NCBI GenBank assembly: GCA_963775465.1 | Contig: CAVZIW010000003.1 | Coordinates: 160,001-224,000, forward strand | Origin: Candidatus Bathyarchaeota archaeon | GTDB taxonomy: Archaea; Thermoproteota; Bathyarchaeia; Bathyarchaeales; Bathycorpusculaceae | Direction: 5' to 3' | Length of the DNA stretch: 64,000 nucleotides | In this document: positions 26,965 through 37,518 of the stretch, piece by piece | How positions within the stretch are numbered: the first letter of the stretch is position 1 | Layout: each line of letters starts with the position of its first letter | Translations under genes and position numbers: made by a program | Notes under the pieces: generated by a model | Told to the model about the DNA's origin: nothing | Databases searched by the model: none | The model's input: only the letters and a program-made list of their open reading frames with translations

Positions 26965-28056
26965 TCACTCTTTCCGTAGGCTCTTGGGAATGTAAATGCA
27001 TGCGGGGTCTGATTCAGTTATGTCGCCTGTGTAGGCGTAAGCACGGTTTCTGCATCCACCGCAAATTTCTCGGTATTCGCAAACTCCGCATTTACCTTTG
27101 AGGACGCTGCGGTCTTGGAATTTGTTGTAGTATTTTGAAGCTTTGATTTCTTCCCAAGCAGTACTTAGGGTTTTGTTCCGTATGTTTCCCAGCATCATGG
27201 GTTCAGAAGGTTGTAAATCCGTATAAAAGCAAGGAATTAGATCACCGTTTTCGGTTACACTTAGATATCCGCCAAACGCGAAATAGGTGCATTTACCGTG
27301 GAATTCTTTTTCGTACCATTCCTTGAATTCTTCTTCCGGCAGTCTTTGACATACAACCCGTGCGAAATGGGGGCAATGTACATGAACCTCAAATTTACCC
27401 TTATACTTTGTTGTTATATCCCAGATGTGATTTAGAGTCCACTCATACTGTTCGGGCGTTGGAGTTAGTTCCATAGTTTCTTTGGCTCGTCCACTTGGAA
27501 CCAGATGATTGTACCAGACAAAATTTGCATGGTACTTGTCAGCTAACTCCGCGACGTGGTCAAGGTACTTGTAATTAATAGTTGTTATCGCACAGGCTAA
27601 ACCGTTTAAGATTTTGCCAGCAGATAGTTTTTCGATGGCAGCAAGGGCTTTCTTGTAGGACCCTACTCCACGGAGTTGATCGTTTATTTCTTCTGGTCCA
27701 TCGATGCTGACTGAAGTCCAGACTTGGTTCTTAACCAAGTTATCGTAGATTGATCCATCAACAAAAACGCCGTTGGTCAAGAGACAGACATTTAATCCTT
27801 TGCTTTTGGCATAAGTGACGATTTCGAAAATGTCTGGGCGCGTTAAGGGTTCGCCGCCTTTAATGCCAAACCATCTGACACCAAACTTTTTAACTTCATC
27901 CACCAGATGAAAGGCTTCTTGGGTGGTCATTTCTCTTTCAGCGTGTTTGCCTGTAGCATCTACGTTACAGTATTTGCATCTGGCGTTGCACGCGCCTGTG
28001 GCCCTCCACGAGGTCATAAGTAATGGACCTTTATGTTCTGTCAAAACAAAATACAC
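26965..28056 (-). CDS. Radical SAM/SPASM protein, AhbC/AhbD/NirJ-like, paralog of 17958..19061
   Basis: CNARCKYC, GGEPL, SIDG, YNHLVPSGRA and CGVCEYREICGGCR...ESDPAC. Confidence 0.85.
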   Translation of the reverse strand: MYFVLTEHKGPLLMTSWRATGACNARCKYCNVDATGKHAEREMTTQEAFHLVDEVKKFGVRWFGIKGGEPLTRPDIFEIVTYAKSKGLNVCLLTNGVFVDGSIYDNLVKNQVWTSVSIDGPEEINDQLRGVGSYKKALAAIEKLSAGKILNGLACAITTINYKYLDHVAELADKYHANFVWYNHLVPSGRAKETMELTPTPEQYEWTLNHIWDITTKYKGKFEVHVHCPHFARVVCQRLPEEEFKEWYEKEFHGKCTYFAFGGYLSVTENGDLIPCFYTDLQPSEPMMLGNIRNKTLSTAWEEIKASKYYNKFQDRSVLKGKCGVCEYREICGGCRNRAYAYTGDITESDPACIYIPKSLRKE

Positions 28057-28262
28057 CTGTGAGCATTTTTCATGTTTACTTTAAGGGCACTTTTCGTACT
28101 AAAAAAGATTGTGCGCTAATGGTGCTTTTTGGATTTTCACTGTTTTCTGCTGGTTATTGCCCTTTTTGGGTTATACTAAATCAATGTATCTGTTTTTAGC
28201 GTGCTTTCCGTAAGGTTTATAGTGAAACACAACCTAGACATTCAATCTCGGGGCAAGATCCA

Positions 28263-30797
28263 ATGGAAACGAAAATACATGTCACAATTATTCTGGTACT
28301 CCTTCTTGTTTCTTCAGTTTCAGCAGGTCTTGCTGTACAATCAAATCAAACCATTGTGGATGCACAGACAAGCTCTAATAGCAATTTGCTGCAGTATGAA
28401 TGGCCTCAATTTATGGGAGACTCCTCTTTTACAAGATTCAACCCTGGTCCTGCCCCAGACAAACCCGATATTCTATGGAAAGCCAATGTCACTGGCATAC
28501 AAACTTACCTTTCAGCCTTTGGCGGTATGATATTTGTTGGGACAAACACTTCTGTGGCGGCTTTAGACGGCGAAACGGGAAGTATAGTTTGGGAAACGAC
28601 TATTCCGATGCCTCGTTCTTGGCCAATCGCCTACAAAATTGATGGCTCACACTTGGTTGTAGAGAATAGTTGTCTGGACCCAAAAACAGGCAAAATACTT
28701 TGGACTAGTTCCGCTTTTAACGAGGATACAGGTATTTTCAGCGCCAATGTTTACAGCCCAGAAGAACGAATGTTTTTCATTAAAGTTGACTCATTCATTC
28801 AAGGTTGGAGTTTTGCTGATCCGTCCAATCCTCCTGTTATGGTTTGGCAGACTTATGTTCCAGGCGGTGGCAAAACTGGAATCGGAACAACTTATGGTGA
28901 AGGATTAGTTTTCGTAGGTTCTTTTATGAACCAGCAGATGGCACTTGATGCTAAAACAGGTGCAGTGGTCTGGACAACTTTAACTAAGGGTCCGATGATT
29001 TTTGAAGGCGCCTATTCTGATGGCAGATTCATAAGAGGTGGAACAGACGATAACACCCTTTACTGTTTTAATGCAACTGATGGAAGAATTCTATGGACTT
29101 ACTCTCCCGGAACATCGGACGGATATTTTACAACGGGACCGGCAATTGCATACGGGATGGTTTATGAACTCAATAAAGACGGTAATCTCTACGCAGTAGA
29201 CTTAGCAACGGGTAAATTGGTGTGGACGTATCAGGGTCCAGGTACACTTCTTTGGCCCGGGTATCCCACGATTGCAGATGGGAAAGTATACGCCACAACA
29301 GGTGAGATTGCCCAGTATGGTGGTCAGGTTGGCACTTCCGAGTTTGTGTGCTTAAACGCTTACACTGGAGCAGTAAAATGGAAGTTACCCATCGAAGCGT
29401 TGGCACCTAGAGAATCCGTTGCTGTTGCTTACGGTCATCTCTATCTTATTCCAGGAACTGTCACTGATGCTGTTGACTCCATTTCAGGAAATGAATACGC
29501 CAATTTCGACCAAGTTTGGGCAATAGGAGAACCAGAAATTGTAACCAGCAACTGGCCTATGTGGCGTTCTGATCCTTCTCATTCTTCAACTGCACAAGTT
29601 GGTCCTTCCAACTTGTCTTTGTCATGGAATTTCACTACCCACGGCTCCGTTATATCTTCGCCCAGCGTAGTAAACAATATAGTTTACGTTGGTTCTCAAG
29701 ACAAAAACATCTATGCTCTAAGTGCTTTTAGCGGAAACCTAATCTGGAAATTTGCAACACAAGATGCCCAAGTTTCTTCTCCCGCGATCAGCAATGCCAG
29801 ACTCTACACCGGAGGTGATGATGGCTACGTTTACTGCCTTGACGCCTATACTGGTACCCTATATTGGAGAACTTTTGTTGACGGTAACTTACCCTACACT
29901 TACGGGTCATTTGTCCTCAAATCTTCTCCAGCAGTCTTTGAAGGCAGGGTATATGTTGGTTCATTGGACGGCAATATGTATGCACTTGACGCGAACACAG
30001 GCCAGATTGACTGGAAATATGAAACAGGTGGACACATTCTATCTTCACCAGCAATTGATGATGGAGGCGTCTATTTTACTTCAGAAGAGCCCAATACAGG
30101 GGTCCTCTACAAATTAGACGCCATCAGTGGGGCTTTAAGTTGGAAGCAAGATTTGCCCTTTGAATATCAATTTACGGGCGGAACTGAGATGATTGGTTCG
30201 CCTTCTGTTGCTGCTGGTATGGTGTTTGCATCTGCGGACTTGAGAACCTACTTTGGTATAGATGCGAACACTGGCGACATCATCTGGACTTTCCGAGACC
30301 CTGACGCAATGGAATTCATTGTTTCCTCCCCAATCTACGTTAATGGTCAACTCTACGTAATCGACAAGTTCAGCATAACTTCTCTTAACGCAAAAACCGG
30401 ACAGAGCAATTGGAGCTTTTTCACTGGTGATGAACTCTATGCTTCTCCTTCGTATGCGGATGGCAAAATTTACATGATGACCAGTCAGCGTCATATCTTC
30501 GTTCTTGATGCTAAAAACAACGGATCAAAGCTTGATAGCTATGAGATGCCTTCGGGCAGCTGGTCTTCACCCACTATCGCTAACGAAAGATTATACATCG
30601 GCAACCACGACTGGAATGTCTATTGTTTTGCGAATGAAATATCAGTAACTGAAAACTCCCAGCCGACAGATAGTATGCCGTATCAACCTTCACTTGCTGT
30701 AGTTGCCGTGTTGATCATCGCAATTGTATTATTGGCTGCAATAAGCGGTACCTACTTTTTCCGAAAAATAAAAGCCCAAAAAAACCAACAATCATAA
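28263..30797 (+). CDS. Secreted, C-terminally anchored PQQ-like/BamB-like beta-propeller repeat protein (two modules)
   Basis: Signal peptide and repeated YA/CLDA.TG...W blades. Two modules start with WPQFMGD and WPMWRSD. C-terminal TM plus basic tail. Confidence 0.85.
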   Translation: METKIHVTIILVLLLVSSVSAGLAVQSNQTIVDAQTSSNSNLLQYEWPQFMGDSSFTRFNPGPAPDKPDILWKANVTGIQTYLSAFGGMIFVGTNTSVAALDGETGSIVWETTIPMPRSWPIAYKIDGSHLVVENSCLDPKTGKILWTSSAFNEDTGIFSANVYSPEERMFFIKVDSFIQGWSFADPSNPPVMVWQTYVPGGGKTGIGTTYGEGLVFVGSFMNQQMALDAKTGAVVWTTLTKGPMIFEGAYSDGRFIRGGTDDNTLYCFNATDGRILWTYSPGTSDGYFTTGPAIAYGMVYELNKDGNLYAVDLATGKLVWTYQGPGTLLWPGYPTIADGKVYATTGEIAQYGGQVGTSEFVCLNAYTGAVKWKLPIEALAPRESVAVAYGHLYLIPGTVTDAVDSISGNEYANFDQVWAIGEPEIVTSNWPMWRSDPSHSSTAQVGPSNLSLSWNFTTHGSVISSPSVVNNIVYVGSQDKNIYALSAFSGNLIWKFATQDAQVSSPAISNARLYTGGDDGYVYCLDAYTGTLYWRTFVDGNLPYTYGSFVLKSSPAVFEGRVYVGSLDGNMYALDANTGQIDWKYETGGHILSSPAIDDGGVYFTSEEPNTGVLYKLDAISGALSWKQDLPFEYQFTGGTEMIGSPSVAAGMVFASADLRTYFGIDANTGDIIWTFRDPDAMEFIVSSPIYVNGQLYVIDKFSITSLNAKTGQSNWSFFTGDELYASPSYADGKIYMMTSQRHIFVLDAKNNGSKLDSYEMPSGSWSSPTIANERLYIGNHDWNVYCFANEISVTENSQPTDSMPYQPSLAVVAVLIIAIVLLAAISGTYFFRKIKAQKNQQS

Positions 30798-31511
30798 TTT
30801 CTTTTCGAAAAAAACAATAATTGTCGGTGTTTGTGCTGAACCCGTCGCAGCTAACCTCTCCACCTTTTTTAAAATAAAATTGGGGCCCAACAATTTTACT
30901 AATTTTTCAACAGTGTAGAAGTTCATGTGGGAATCGTAGTTTAATCCGGCTATGCCTTCGGGAGTTTCTATTATCAAGTAACCTTCCGACTTTAGAGTTC
31001 TATAAGCTTCTGATATGAAGTTCTCAGGTGCCCAAAGATGCTCCAGAACCTCGGAAGCAATAACCAAATCAAATGTTCTATCAGTGAAGGCTAAGGTTTC
31101 TGCATCACCTGCCATAACGGAGGAAACTTTACATTTTTGTCCTGCGGTCGTCACTGTTGGTAAATCTACGGCTGCGACAAAATGTCCCTTCTTTATCAGC
31201 GGTTCGCTTATGACAGCGTCGCCACAGCCGACATCTAAAATCCGCAAGTCATCGACACCTATGCTGTCAACCATGTTGCCGAAAATTTTGAGTCTATCCA
31301 AATTTAAGGCGTTAACGTTCATAGCTTCGGGGTGCGCCCGCATCATCAAAATATGCATGTTTGCATCGTATTTTTGCCATTCGATCCATTTGCGCTTACT
31401 CTTTTTTCGTTGCCCAAAATGAATCTCTCTCTCAATTACCCATTTTAGTTGATGTGGGTGGGTTAGCAAGTATTTAATGCCCGAGACTTGTCTTGATAAT
31501 GCCTTCGACAT
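30792..31511 (-). CDS. Class I SAM-dependent methyltransferase
   Basis: ILDVGCGD, GDAETLAF, FDLVIASEVLEHL and LIIETP. Confidence 0.88.
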   Translation of the reverse strand: MSKALSRQVSGIKYLLTHPHQLKWVIEREIHFGQRKKSKRKWIEWQKYDANMHILMMRAHPEAMNVNALNLDRLKIFGNMVDSIGVDDLRILDVGCGDAVISEPLIKKGHFVAAVDLPTVTTAGQKCKVSSVMAGDAETLAFTDRTFDLVIASEVLEHLWAPENFISEAYRTLKSEGYLIIETPEGIAGLNYDSHMNFYTVEKLVKLLGPNFILKKVERLAATGSAQTPTIIVFFEKKL

Positions 31512-31526
31512 ATTGGTACCTTGCCG

Positions 31527-32999
31527 CTAATCCTGATTCTGGTTAATGGGTGCACTGTGCCCTCCAGCCTTCTTTTTTGGATGATAGAGCCTGCGAACTG
31601 CCCATTTTGCAACGCGATTATTAGACACTATATGGTTTAATGTCATGCGCGCCATGACTTGGCTGTAAAAGTCGCCTTTTAGCTTCTTTTTTAGGTAGAA
31701 ACTTGGAGAGAGGTATCTGTCGTAGAATTCTTTTTTGGTTTCTTCAAGTTTTTCCAGCGGCAAAAGTTTGTTGTTAAAAACCTGTGTTTGTTCATGATAC
31801 TGACTCCAATCAGAGGCTAATTCTAAGCCTAGACTTTTTGCATAGTCGTAGAGTTCTGTGCCTGGGTATGGAACTGCTTCACACATGTAGACGTAGTCGG
31901 GTTTAGTTTTGTAGATAAAATCTATTGTTTCCTGCAATTGTTGAGATGTCTCCCCAGGGTAACCGATAACCAGGGATATAGCAACTGAGATGCCTGCTTC
32001 TTTGGTTAATTTTATTGCTCGGGCGTTTTGTTCAACGGTTGTGCCTTTGCGCATTAGGTTAAGTATTTGTTGGTTTCCTGATTCAACTCCGAAATGAATC
32101 AGTTGGCAGCATGTATCGTGCAGTTTTGTTAAGAGTTCCTTGGAGACTTTATCAACTCGAGTTCGGCAATCCCAGGGTAAATCAAGCTTGCGTTTCTGCA
32201 TTTCATCGCAAATTGCGACTGCTCTGGGTACGTCGAAGGTGAAGGTGTCATCATAAAATGCAAAGGCGCCTGCTCCAAACTCGTCACGTAGCCATTCTAA
32301 CTCATCGACTACATTGGCTGGACTGCGAGCACGGAAGCCTCTTCCACACATTTTGTACGCTGCACAGAACGCGCAGCTAAAAGGGCAACCTCTGCTGGTG
32401 ATGATTGGGAGATAAGTTTTGTTTAAAATTTTGTATCTGCCTACGTCAAAATGATTGTGAGCTGGGCGGGGAAGAGCATCAATGTCTTGTATGAAGGGGC
32501 GGTCGGGGTTGCGGAAGACTTGACCGTTCTTTTGGAATGTTATACCTGCAACTTGGCTGAGTTTTTTTTGGTTTCCCTCGCTAATTAGTTGAGCAAGCTC
32601 TAGCATGGTCATTTCGCCTTCGCCGCGGGCAACTATATCAACATACTGACTTTCCGTAAAAGTCTCTTGATCTCTGACTGTTACATGCGGTCCGCCAATC
32701 ATGGTGACTGCGTTTGGCAGGGAAGATTTTGCGGCTTTCAAAATATCCAAGGCTGGATTGTAAGTTAATGTGGCGGATGTTACGCCGATTATGTCGGGGT
32801 TGAGGCTTCGAAATTTGTCTTCCAAATCCTTTTGGGTTGGGTGAGTAGTTTGGCAATCAACCACGTCTACGGTGTATCCATTCTTTTCCAGAACCGCTGT
32901 TAAGTAACTAATACCTAAAGGCAGAAAGATAGCTTGCGGTGCCTCAATTGGGTAAGGTGGATTTACGAGTGCTACGTGAGCTTTCACTTGGTTCCCCAA
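31527..32999 (-). CDS. Cobalamin-dependent (class B) radical SAM protein #4
   Basis: LVNPP, PLGISYL, GGPHVT, SRGCPFSCAFC, GVESG and GYPGET. Confidence 0.92.
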   Translation of the reverse strand: MGNQVKAHVALVNPPYPIEAPQAIFLPLGISYLTAVLEKNGYTVDVVDCQTTHPTQKDLEDKFRSLNPDIIGVTSATLTYNPALDILKAAKSSLPNAVTMIGGPHVTVRDQETFTESQYVDIVARGEGEMTMLELAQLISEGNQKKLSQVAGITFQKNGQVFRNPDRPFIQDIDALPRPAHNHFDVGRYKILNKTYLPIITSRGCPFSCAFCAAYKMCGRGFRARSPANVVDELEWLRDEFGAGAFAFYDDTFTFDVPRAVAICDEMQKRKLDLPWDCRTRVDKVSKELLTKLHDTCCQLIHFGVESGNQQILNLMRKGTTVEQNARAIKLTKEAGISVAISLVIGYPGETSQQLQETIDFIYKTKPDYVYMCEAVPYPGTELYDYAKSLGLELASDWSQYHEQTQVFNNKLLPLEKLEETKKEFYDRYLSPSFYLKKKLKGDFYSQVMARMTLNHIVSNNRVAKWAVRRLYHPKKKAGGHSAPINQNQD

Positions 33000-33143
33000 C
33001 TTAGTGTAGTCAAAAACGGTTGTTGATGCTATTATGTGTTTTGTAAAATCTGCAATCCCTCAGAATCTGCCAATAACGCAAGGTTTTTTATGCAAAGTCT
33101 TCAACTAACCCCCTAGTATCATTGTTACCTGGAGAAAATTGGT

Positions 33144-34679
33144 TTGTCAGCTGATTTGGTAATCTTTAACGCAAACGTAAGAACCCTGAACTCAAGCCAG
33201 CCCGAAGCTCAAGCAATAGCTATTATTGAAAACAAAATCGTGAAGGTTGGGTCAATCCAGCAGGTTCAACAATTAATCGGCGAAAAGACCAAGATCATCA
33301 ACCTTGACGGTAAAACGGTGATACCTGGGTTAATTGATACGCACATCCACGTGGCAGATTTTGGGAGATACCTAATGTGGCTCGAGTTAAAGAATGCCAA
33401 ATCTATCGTTGAACTCCAAAATATGCTAAAAGAAAAAGGTCAGAATATGCAAAGGGGGCAGTGGATTATTGGGCAAGGCTGGAATGAAAATCGTCTAAAA
33501 CGTTTGCCAACAACTGCAGACCTGGACGAGGCAGTGCCAGACAACCCAGTTATCCTCTATCGCGAAGCCGCAATGATTTGTGTCGCAAACAGCAAAGCGC
33601 AAGAACTTGCAGGTATAACGGAGCAGATTTCTGTCCCTTCAGGAGGATCAATCGATAAAGACTCAAAAACGGGGAAACCAACCGGAATTTTCCGCGACAC
33701 TGCAACCAACTTAATCTGGCAAGCTGTGCCTGAACCCAGTCAAGAGGAACTTTTGGATAATACAGCGTTGGCTTGCCAAAAAATCTCTCAAGCAGGGTTA
33801 ACCAGTGTGCATTGGCTTGTTTTGTCGGAAAATGAGTTGCCGATTATTCAAAAATTGTATGAACAGAAACGTTTGCCTTTCAGAGTTAATGTTATTGTTC
33901 CATTCGAACTTTTGAGCAAAATTGGGAATTTCGAACCTTTTGACCAACTGGAGTTACGTATTAGTGGCGTTACTGTAAATGTTGATGGGTATTTGGATTC
34001 TAAAGAAGCTGCATTGTTTGAACCTTACAGTGACGACCAGCAAAACAGCGGCAAAACGCTTTGTTCTGAGGATATGTTGTCGGATTCTGTTGGCAAAATT
34101 GTGGCGGTGGGGTTGCAGCCGTGTATTGTTGCTATGGGTGATAGAGCAGTTGATTTGGCTTTAAGGGTGATTGAGAAGTCACCTAAAGGCGCGCGTTTTC
34201 GTATTGAGCAGGCTGCAGTTTTAAACGAAGGCTTGGTTCAGCGTCTTAAGCAGCAACAGGTCGTTGTGTCAGTTCAATCTAAAGTTATCTCAACTGAATT
34301 TTCAGTTTGGTCTGCGGTTGAGCGTCTCGGTTTGAAACGTGCAAAATGGTTGCACCCACTTAAAACTCTGATAATTGCCGGTGTTAAAGTTGTTGGAGGT
34401 TCTGATTGCCCTATGGAACCCCTAAATCCATTGCTGGGGATTCAAGAAGTTGTTCTTCGGCAGGTCTTTCCTGAGCAGCGTTTAAGCGTTGAGGAGGCTC
34501 TCAAGATGTACACTTTGGATGCTGCTTTCAGTTCAGGTGAAGAAGCAATTAAGGGTTCCATCGAAGAAGGTAAACTTGCAGACTTGACAGTTCTCTCCAA
34601 TGACATAACTGAAGTTGCGCTTGATAAAATCAAGGATACAAAGGTTGAGCATGTTGTGGTTAATGGGATACTTCTATAG
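33144..34679 (+). CDS. Amidohydrolase_3 (YtcJ-like) protein with a degenerate second metal site
   Basis: PGLIDTHIH, GQGWNE, GSDCP and KGSIEEGKLADLTVL. Confidence 0.85.
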   Translation: MSADLVIFNANVRTLNSSQPEAQAIAIIENKIVKVGSIQQVQQLIGEKTKIINLDGKTVIPGLIDTHIHVADFGRYLMWLELKNAKSIVELQNMLKEKGQNMQRGQWIIGQGWNENRLKRLPTTADLDEAVPDNPVILYREAAMICVANSKAQELAGITEQISVPSGGSIDKDSKTGKPTGIFRDTATNLIWQAVPEPSQEELLDNTALACQKISQAGLTSVHWLVLSENELPIIQKLYEQKRLPFRVNVIVPFELLSKIGNFEPFDQLELRISGVTVNVDGYLDSKEAALFEPYSDDQQNSGKTLCSEDMLSDSVGKIVAVGLQPCIVAMGDRAVDLALRVIEKSPKGARFRIEQAAVLNEGLVQRLKQQQVVVSVQSKVISTEFSVWSAVERLGLKRAKWLHPLKTLIIAGVKVVGGSDCPMEPLNPLLGIQEVVLRQVFPEQRLSVEEALKMYTLDAAFSSGEEAIKGSIEEGKLADLTVLSNDITEVALDKIKDTKVEHVVVNGILL

Positions 34680-34683
34680 CTTT

Positions 34684-36139
34684 TTACTTCTTTTTTAGCA
34701 GCATCCTGGTCGTCTTCACTGGATGTTTTATTGCTCTTAAGACCTTGCTTCGAGTGAAGGTTGGATTTACCATGTTTGCTTTCATGCAAAGCTCCTGTAA
34801 ATCCTGCGCTGAAAAATCTGGGGTTTCAACCTGTGGTTCTGTAGCTGCTAACGCATAATCACAGAAGCCTTCTTTAAGAAAACCCTTTTGTTTGGCTTGC
34901 TCGTAGAATTCTGTGCCGTAAAGGGGCATAGCGATACTGAAGATAAAGGTGTCTGCACCTAAACTTCTTAGTTTGTAGGCGAAGTTAATTGTTTCTTCGA
35001 TGTCTTGTTTGGTTTCTCCGATAAGTCCGATGACAAAGAAGCAGCCGACTTTAATGCCCACTTTTTTGCTTAAGATAACAGCCTTTTCAACGGCTTTGAG
35101 ATCCTGATTTTTTTTGACAACTTCATTTACGATTCGTTGTACGCCTGATTCGGGGGCGATTCGAATTTTTTTACATCCTGCTTTTTTCATTTTACGGAGT
35201 AGTTCTTCGTCGAGGCTGTCTGCTCGGATTCCGTTTGGCGTAAACCACTCAACTTTAATTTTGCGTTCCACAATTAGATCGCAGATTTTCATCATGCGTT
35301 GTTTATCCAACGTCATGTTGTCGTCTGAAAAATCAATTTGTTTGATCCCAAAATTATTGACTACTTGCTCTACTTCTTCCACAACATTTTTTGCGCTTCG
35401 TGGACGCCACTTCTTGCCCCAGACTACGCAGCTTGAACAAAACACGCAATTGTAGGGGCACCCTCTGCCTAGTGATGATTATTGTATAGGGCTTGGTGAT
35501 TTCTCCTCGCAGGGGATTTTGTTTAACGGCTTTGGCGTAAACTTCCATGGGGAGTAAGTGCCTTGCTGGAAACGGCAGTGTGTCTAAGTCATCAATTACT
35601 GGACGTTTGCCTGTCAATATTGACTGGTTTTTTTCTCTGAAACCTAAACCATCGATTTCTTTAAAATCGCTTTTTTGCTCAAGAGTGCTCATCAATTCCG
35701 AGATGGTTTTTTCAGGCTCACCCACAACCACAAAATCTACATCAACGTTTTGTAGGCAATCAAGAGGCTTCGAAGATGGATGTAAACCGAACAATACAAC
35801 AATAATGTTTTTGTTGACTTTTTTAGTAGTGGCTGCGACTTCAAAGGCTGTTTTTGACCAGCCTGAAAAAGGAATCTCTATTACGACGGCATCGGGGTTC
35901 CAGTTGGCGATGCGTTTTGCAATGGTTTCTGCTGACAGCCCGACTCGGTATTTGGTTTCGTCTAGTTCTAGGAGGTTTTCCCAACCTTCAGTTGGGGCAT
36001 CGATGATGTTTACTGAGTGTTTTTGTTCTAAGACCGCGGCAACGGAAGCTATTACTATGGGTGGAAAAACGTTAGGTTTTCCCCATGCTTTGGGTTGAAT
36101 TCTTGGTGGGTTGATGAGGCAAACTCGCATTGATTGCAC
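34684..36139 (-). pseudogene. Cobalamin-dependent (class B) radical SAM protein #5, split by a +1 frameshift at about 35468
   Basis: Minus strand reads ATC ACT AGG CAG AGG GTG. Removing one G restores ITSRGCPYNCVFC and joins ORFs 35354..36139 and 34684..35445. Confidence 0.85.
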
Positions 36140-36384
36140 TTCTTAGTCAGAAATAGCTTTTTGGTTTGATTAAAACTTTGCACTAAATAGGCTTCTCGTT
36201 TTAGTTTTTGCAACAGGTGTAGAAATTTTGGTTGCTGCCTGAGGGTCGTAATCTGGCTTGAAAGCTTCTGGGTGTTTTTAGTTGCGGTTTAGGTTAAGTT
36301 GTTGAGGATTTGCCTTTAGAAGATGTAAATTTTGTGGCTGAAATGCACTATTTGTTAAGCTTCTAAATAGAAAAGGCAAAACTC

Positions 36385-37410
36385 CTAAATGGGCAAAAAC
36401 CAAATCCGCATAACTGCGATTAAAGCGATACATAATAATCCCCATAAAACAATCGTAATGTCCCTAATTCGTAGGGCACTTAAAATTTTCTCTCCGGTCA
36501 ATTGTTCTTGTTTGTCACCAAGGATGTATTGGTCAGGTTTTTCTAACTGAACTCTGAGTGCGCCGGCAATAGCAGCCATTGGCCAGCCATGGTTTCTGCT
36601 AGGAGTTTTTCGATGGTCTCGTTTAGCGATTTTCCAGGCATTTTTAGCATCCATGTGCAGAAGTCCTGCCGCCATAATCATAAGCAACGCCGTCAGCCTT
36701 GTGGGAATATAGTTTACGATTGTGTCAAGAGTTGCGCTGAACCATCCTGTGTTTATGTGTTCTTTGGTTTTGAAGCCAACCATGCCGTCGAGTGTGTTTA
36801 TGGCGCGGAAAGCAATTGCACCTGTAATGCCAAATAAAGCAAACGACATCATTGGTGATAGTTTAAAATCGATAAGGTTCTCCGACATTGATTCGATTAC
36901 TGCACTGCTTATCTGGGAACCGTTTAGGGTTCGGCTGTCACGTCTGGAGAAGTGGCTATATTTTTTTGCCTCTTCTAAGTCGTTTGCTTGAATTGCTTTA
37001 GCTGCGGCTTTTGCCCAATCTGTTTCAAGTTTGATGCATAGTGTCATTTTTAGGAGGATTACGGCGATGAAACTGTATACGAGGATGTTGAGGTAAAAGG
37101 GTAAGTATGTATAGATTGCCCATAATGCAAAGAAAGTTGGTAACGCAAAGGTTGCGATCGCTGTTAAACCCAGCAGAACGCCCAAGAATTTTTCAGTGTT
37201 TTGGTCTTTGTTCTTGAAGTAAGGCTCAATTTTTTGTATGAAATTGCCCATAAGCACAGTTGGATGCAGCTTGAAGGAAAGTTTATCAGGATAATTGGGC
37301 GAAGGGTCTCCAAAGATATATGCTAGCAAGACCGCAAAAACTAGAATTACAGTTGCGACTATACTGTTTAGAGCGTTTTGCGTCAGCAAAGAATCGATGA
37401 CGAGCCACAT
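36385..37410 (-). CDS. cbiB: Adenosylcobinamide-phosphate synthase
   Basis: GDP...HPTVLMG, SRRDS, IESMSEN, RAINTLDGMVG, NYIPTRLT and SRNHGWPMAAIAGAL. Confidence 0.92.
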   Translation of the reverse strand: MWLVIDSLLTQNALNSIVATVILVFAVLLAYIFGDPSPNYPDKLSFKLHPTVLMGNFIQKIEPYFKNKDQNTEKFLGVLLGLTAIATFALPTFFALWAIYTYLPFYLNILVYSFIAVILLKMTLCIKLETDWAKAAAKAIQANDLEEAKKYSHFSRRDSRTLNGSQISSAVIESMSENLIDFKLSPMMSFALFGITGAIAFRAINTLDGMVGFKTKEHINTGWFSATLDTIVNYIPTRLTALLMIMAAGLLHMDAKNAWKIAKRDHRKTPSRNHGWPMAAIAGALRVQLEKPDQYILGDKQEQLTGEKILSALRIRDITIVLWGLLCIALIAVMRIWFLPI

Positions 37411-37518
37411 TGTTTCGATACTTTCGGTAATGTGTTTATATCAATTACGGTTAGAAGCTGGAGCTCAATTCTAAGAGTTGCGTTTGCTTTTTTAGTATAA
37501 ACATCTCTATAGAATGCA

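Noticed and set aside
28263-30797. PQQ-dependent dehydrogenase or a PQQ biosynthesis locus with the SPASM enzymes
   Set aside because: Only generic propeller repeats are present, with no pqqA-D genes and no ExxxY precursor seen.
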